64,000 bases of DNA from Eledone cirrhosa (lineage: Eukaryota): the NCBI GenBank assembly GCA_964016885.1, contig OZ024740.1, positions 385,268,001-385,332,000 of the forward strand, given 5' to 3'. The notes under the pieces are model-generated. The model was not told the DNA's origin. It ran no database searches and saw nothing but the letters and a program-made list of their open reading frames with translations. Shown piece after piece: positions 62,679 to 64,000 of this stretch (positions are counted from its first letter, which is position 1; every line of letters begins with the position of its first letter). The position numbers and the translations under genes are program-made.

Positions 62679-63075
62679 TTCATCTCCGTGTGCTCTTTAT
62701 CTTGTCTATTTCCATTTTCTCACTTTCTCTGTCTGCCTGCATGTCTGTCTTACTTTATCCAAGCTTCAATGGCTTCTAACACCACATCATAAACATCGTA
62801 TGTCAAGGGAAACATCATATGCTAAATGAAAAATAAGATGGAAGAACTGAAACAAAGCCAAACAGAAAATAAAACCAAAGACCTGCCACAAAGGAAAAAA
62901 AACCAGAAATACAAAATAGAAAATTCTAGTTAAAGTTATAGAACGTATAAAAAGTAAATTCCAGCAGCTGTGTATATATATATATATATGTATAATGTGT
63001 TTGTGTATATATATAATATATATATATATATATAATGTGTGTGTGTGTATATATATATATAATGTGTGTGTGTGC

Positions 63076-63115
<40 letters not shown>

Positions 63116-64000
63116 GTGTGTGTGTGTGTGTTAGGGATTTTTCCTTAATGCTGCTAGCTACCGTTAGCTTTTATTGAATACTTTATCATTCAGAGCAAAT
63201 TATATACTTTCACACATTTACCCTAATTATTCTAGTAACGATCTCCTCCTCCGCTACGAGATAGGAGGAGTGTGTGGCACATTAAAAAAAGCATAAAAAA
63301 GATATGAAGTTGTTGACATTTTCATGTGGATTAATTTATAACTTGAAATAAATGGTTGCATGCTCTCCTCTGAACTGCCAGTGCTTTCCCTGTCATCAGT
63401 GCCTTCATATTTCCAGAAATGGATATGTAGGTTATCAGGGAAAATGAGGGGAAGAAGATCAGATTCCATGATTTATACTGAAACCCTTTGGTAATTAATC
63501 TATAGCAGAACAGGTTGAAGACAAATTATCTTTATCTCTCCTTCCCATTTATCCCTCTTTTTCTCCTTCAGTCAATCTTTATCCCTCTATCTTGTCTTTT
63601 TTCTTATTCTTTGTTAAATACTGTATATTTTTGTCTTTGCGTGTGTGTGTGTGTGTGTATGTATGTATGTTTGTGTGTGTATATATGCATGCGTGTGTGT
63701 GTGTTTATGTATGTATGTGCATGTCTATGTTTCCAGTCAAATCAAATGGAAAATCTTAAATGTTTTGCAAATATTCACAGATTGGATCTGAAGAATGTGA
63801 AACATTCTTTTCTTGAGAGTTCTGAGTTTCAATGTAGATCATTTGTTACATCGCCTAAATACACAAATGATGATGATGATGATCAGTATTAACAAGCACT
63901 TATAGTCAGTAACTTGGTTTTACCAAGTAGTTCACCACAGACGATCTCCTCTGCAAAGTTTAGATGAGACAAACATCTATTGGACAAGCTGACCTCAATG

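Noticed and set aside
63254-63469. 71-aa minus-strand ORF or possible exon
   Set aside because: No recognisable domain or convincing splice sites

Overview
AT-rich eukaryotic DNA, probably octopus or another cephalopod. This is inferred from the SINE/LINE repertoire and the huge (TA)n-variant microsatellites, not proven. The only host-gene signal is a likely first coding exon (2679-2763, +) encoding a signal peptide and ending in a phase-1 G|GTGAGT donor; the rest looks like one very large intron. About 25 kb is degenerate (TA)n/(TATG)n/(TG)n microsatellite with a 200-N gap, which explains nearly all long ORFs in the track. Embedded elements include a near full-length CR1-group LINE (about 40300-44677), several decayed RTE LINEs (one with a PHD finger inside the RT), tRNA SINEs, a 5S-rRNA-headed SINE with an RTE tail, a decayed pogo/Tigger transposase and small MITEs. 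Three observations stand out. (1) Non-coding Penelope-like modules in (TA)n tracts carry at least 6 well-formed minimal hammerhead ribozymes (one U3-A8 covariant), share flanking motifs, and three times occur as tail-to-tail pairs, two of them with fold-back palindromes. (2) The CR1 LINE ORF2 has no AUG before its endonuclease domain but lies in the -1 frame behind a U_UUU_UUA slippery site, suggesting programmed frameshifting. (3) That LINE's ORF1 combines a Myb/SANT-like domain with a CCCH finger. All analyses are by eye.
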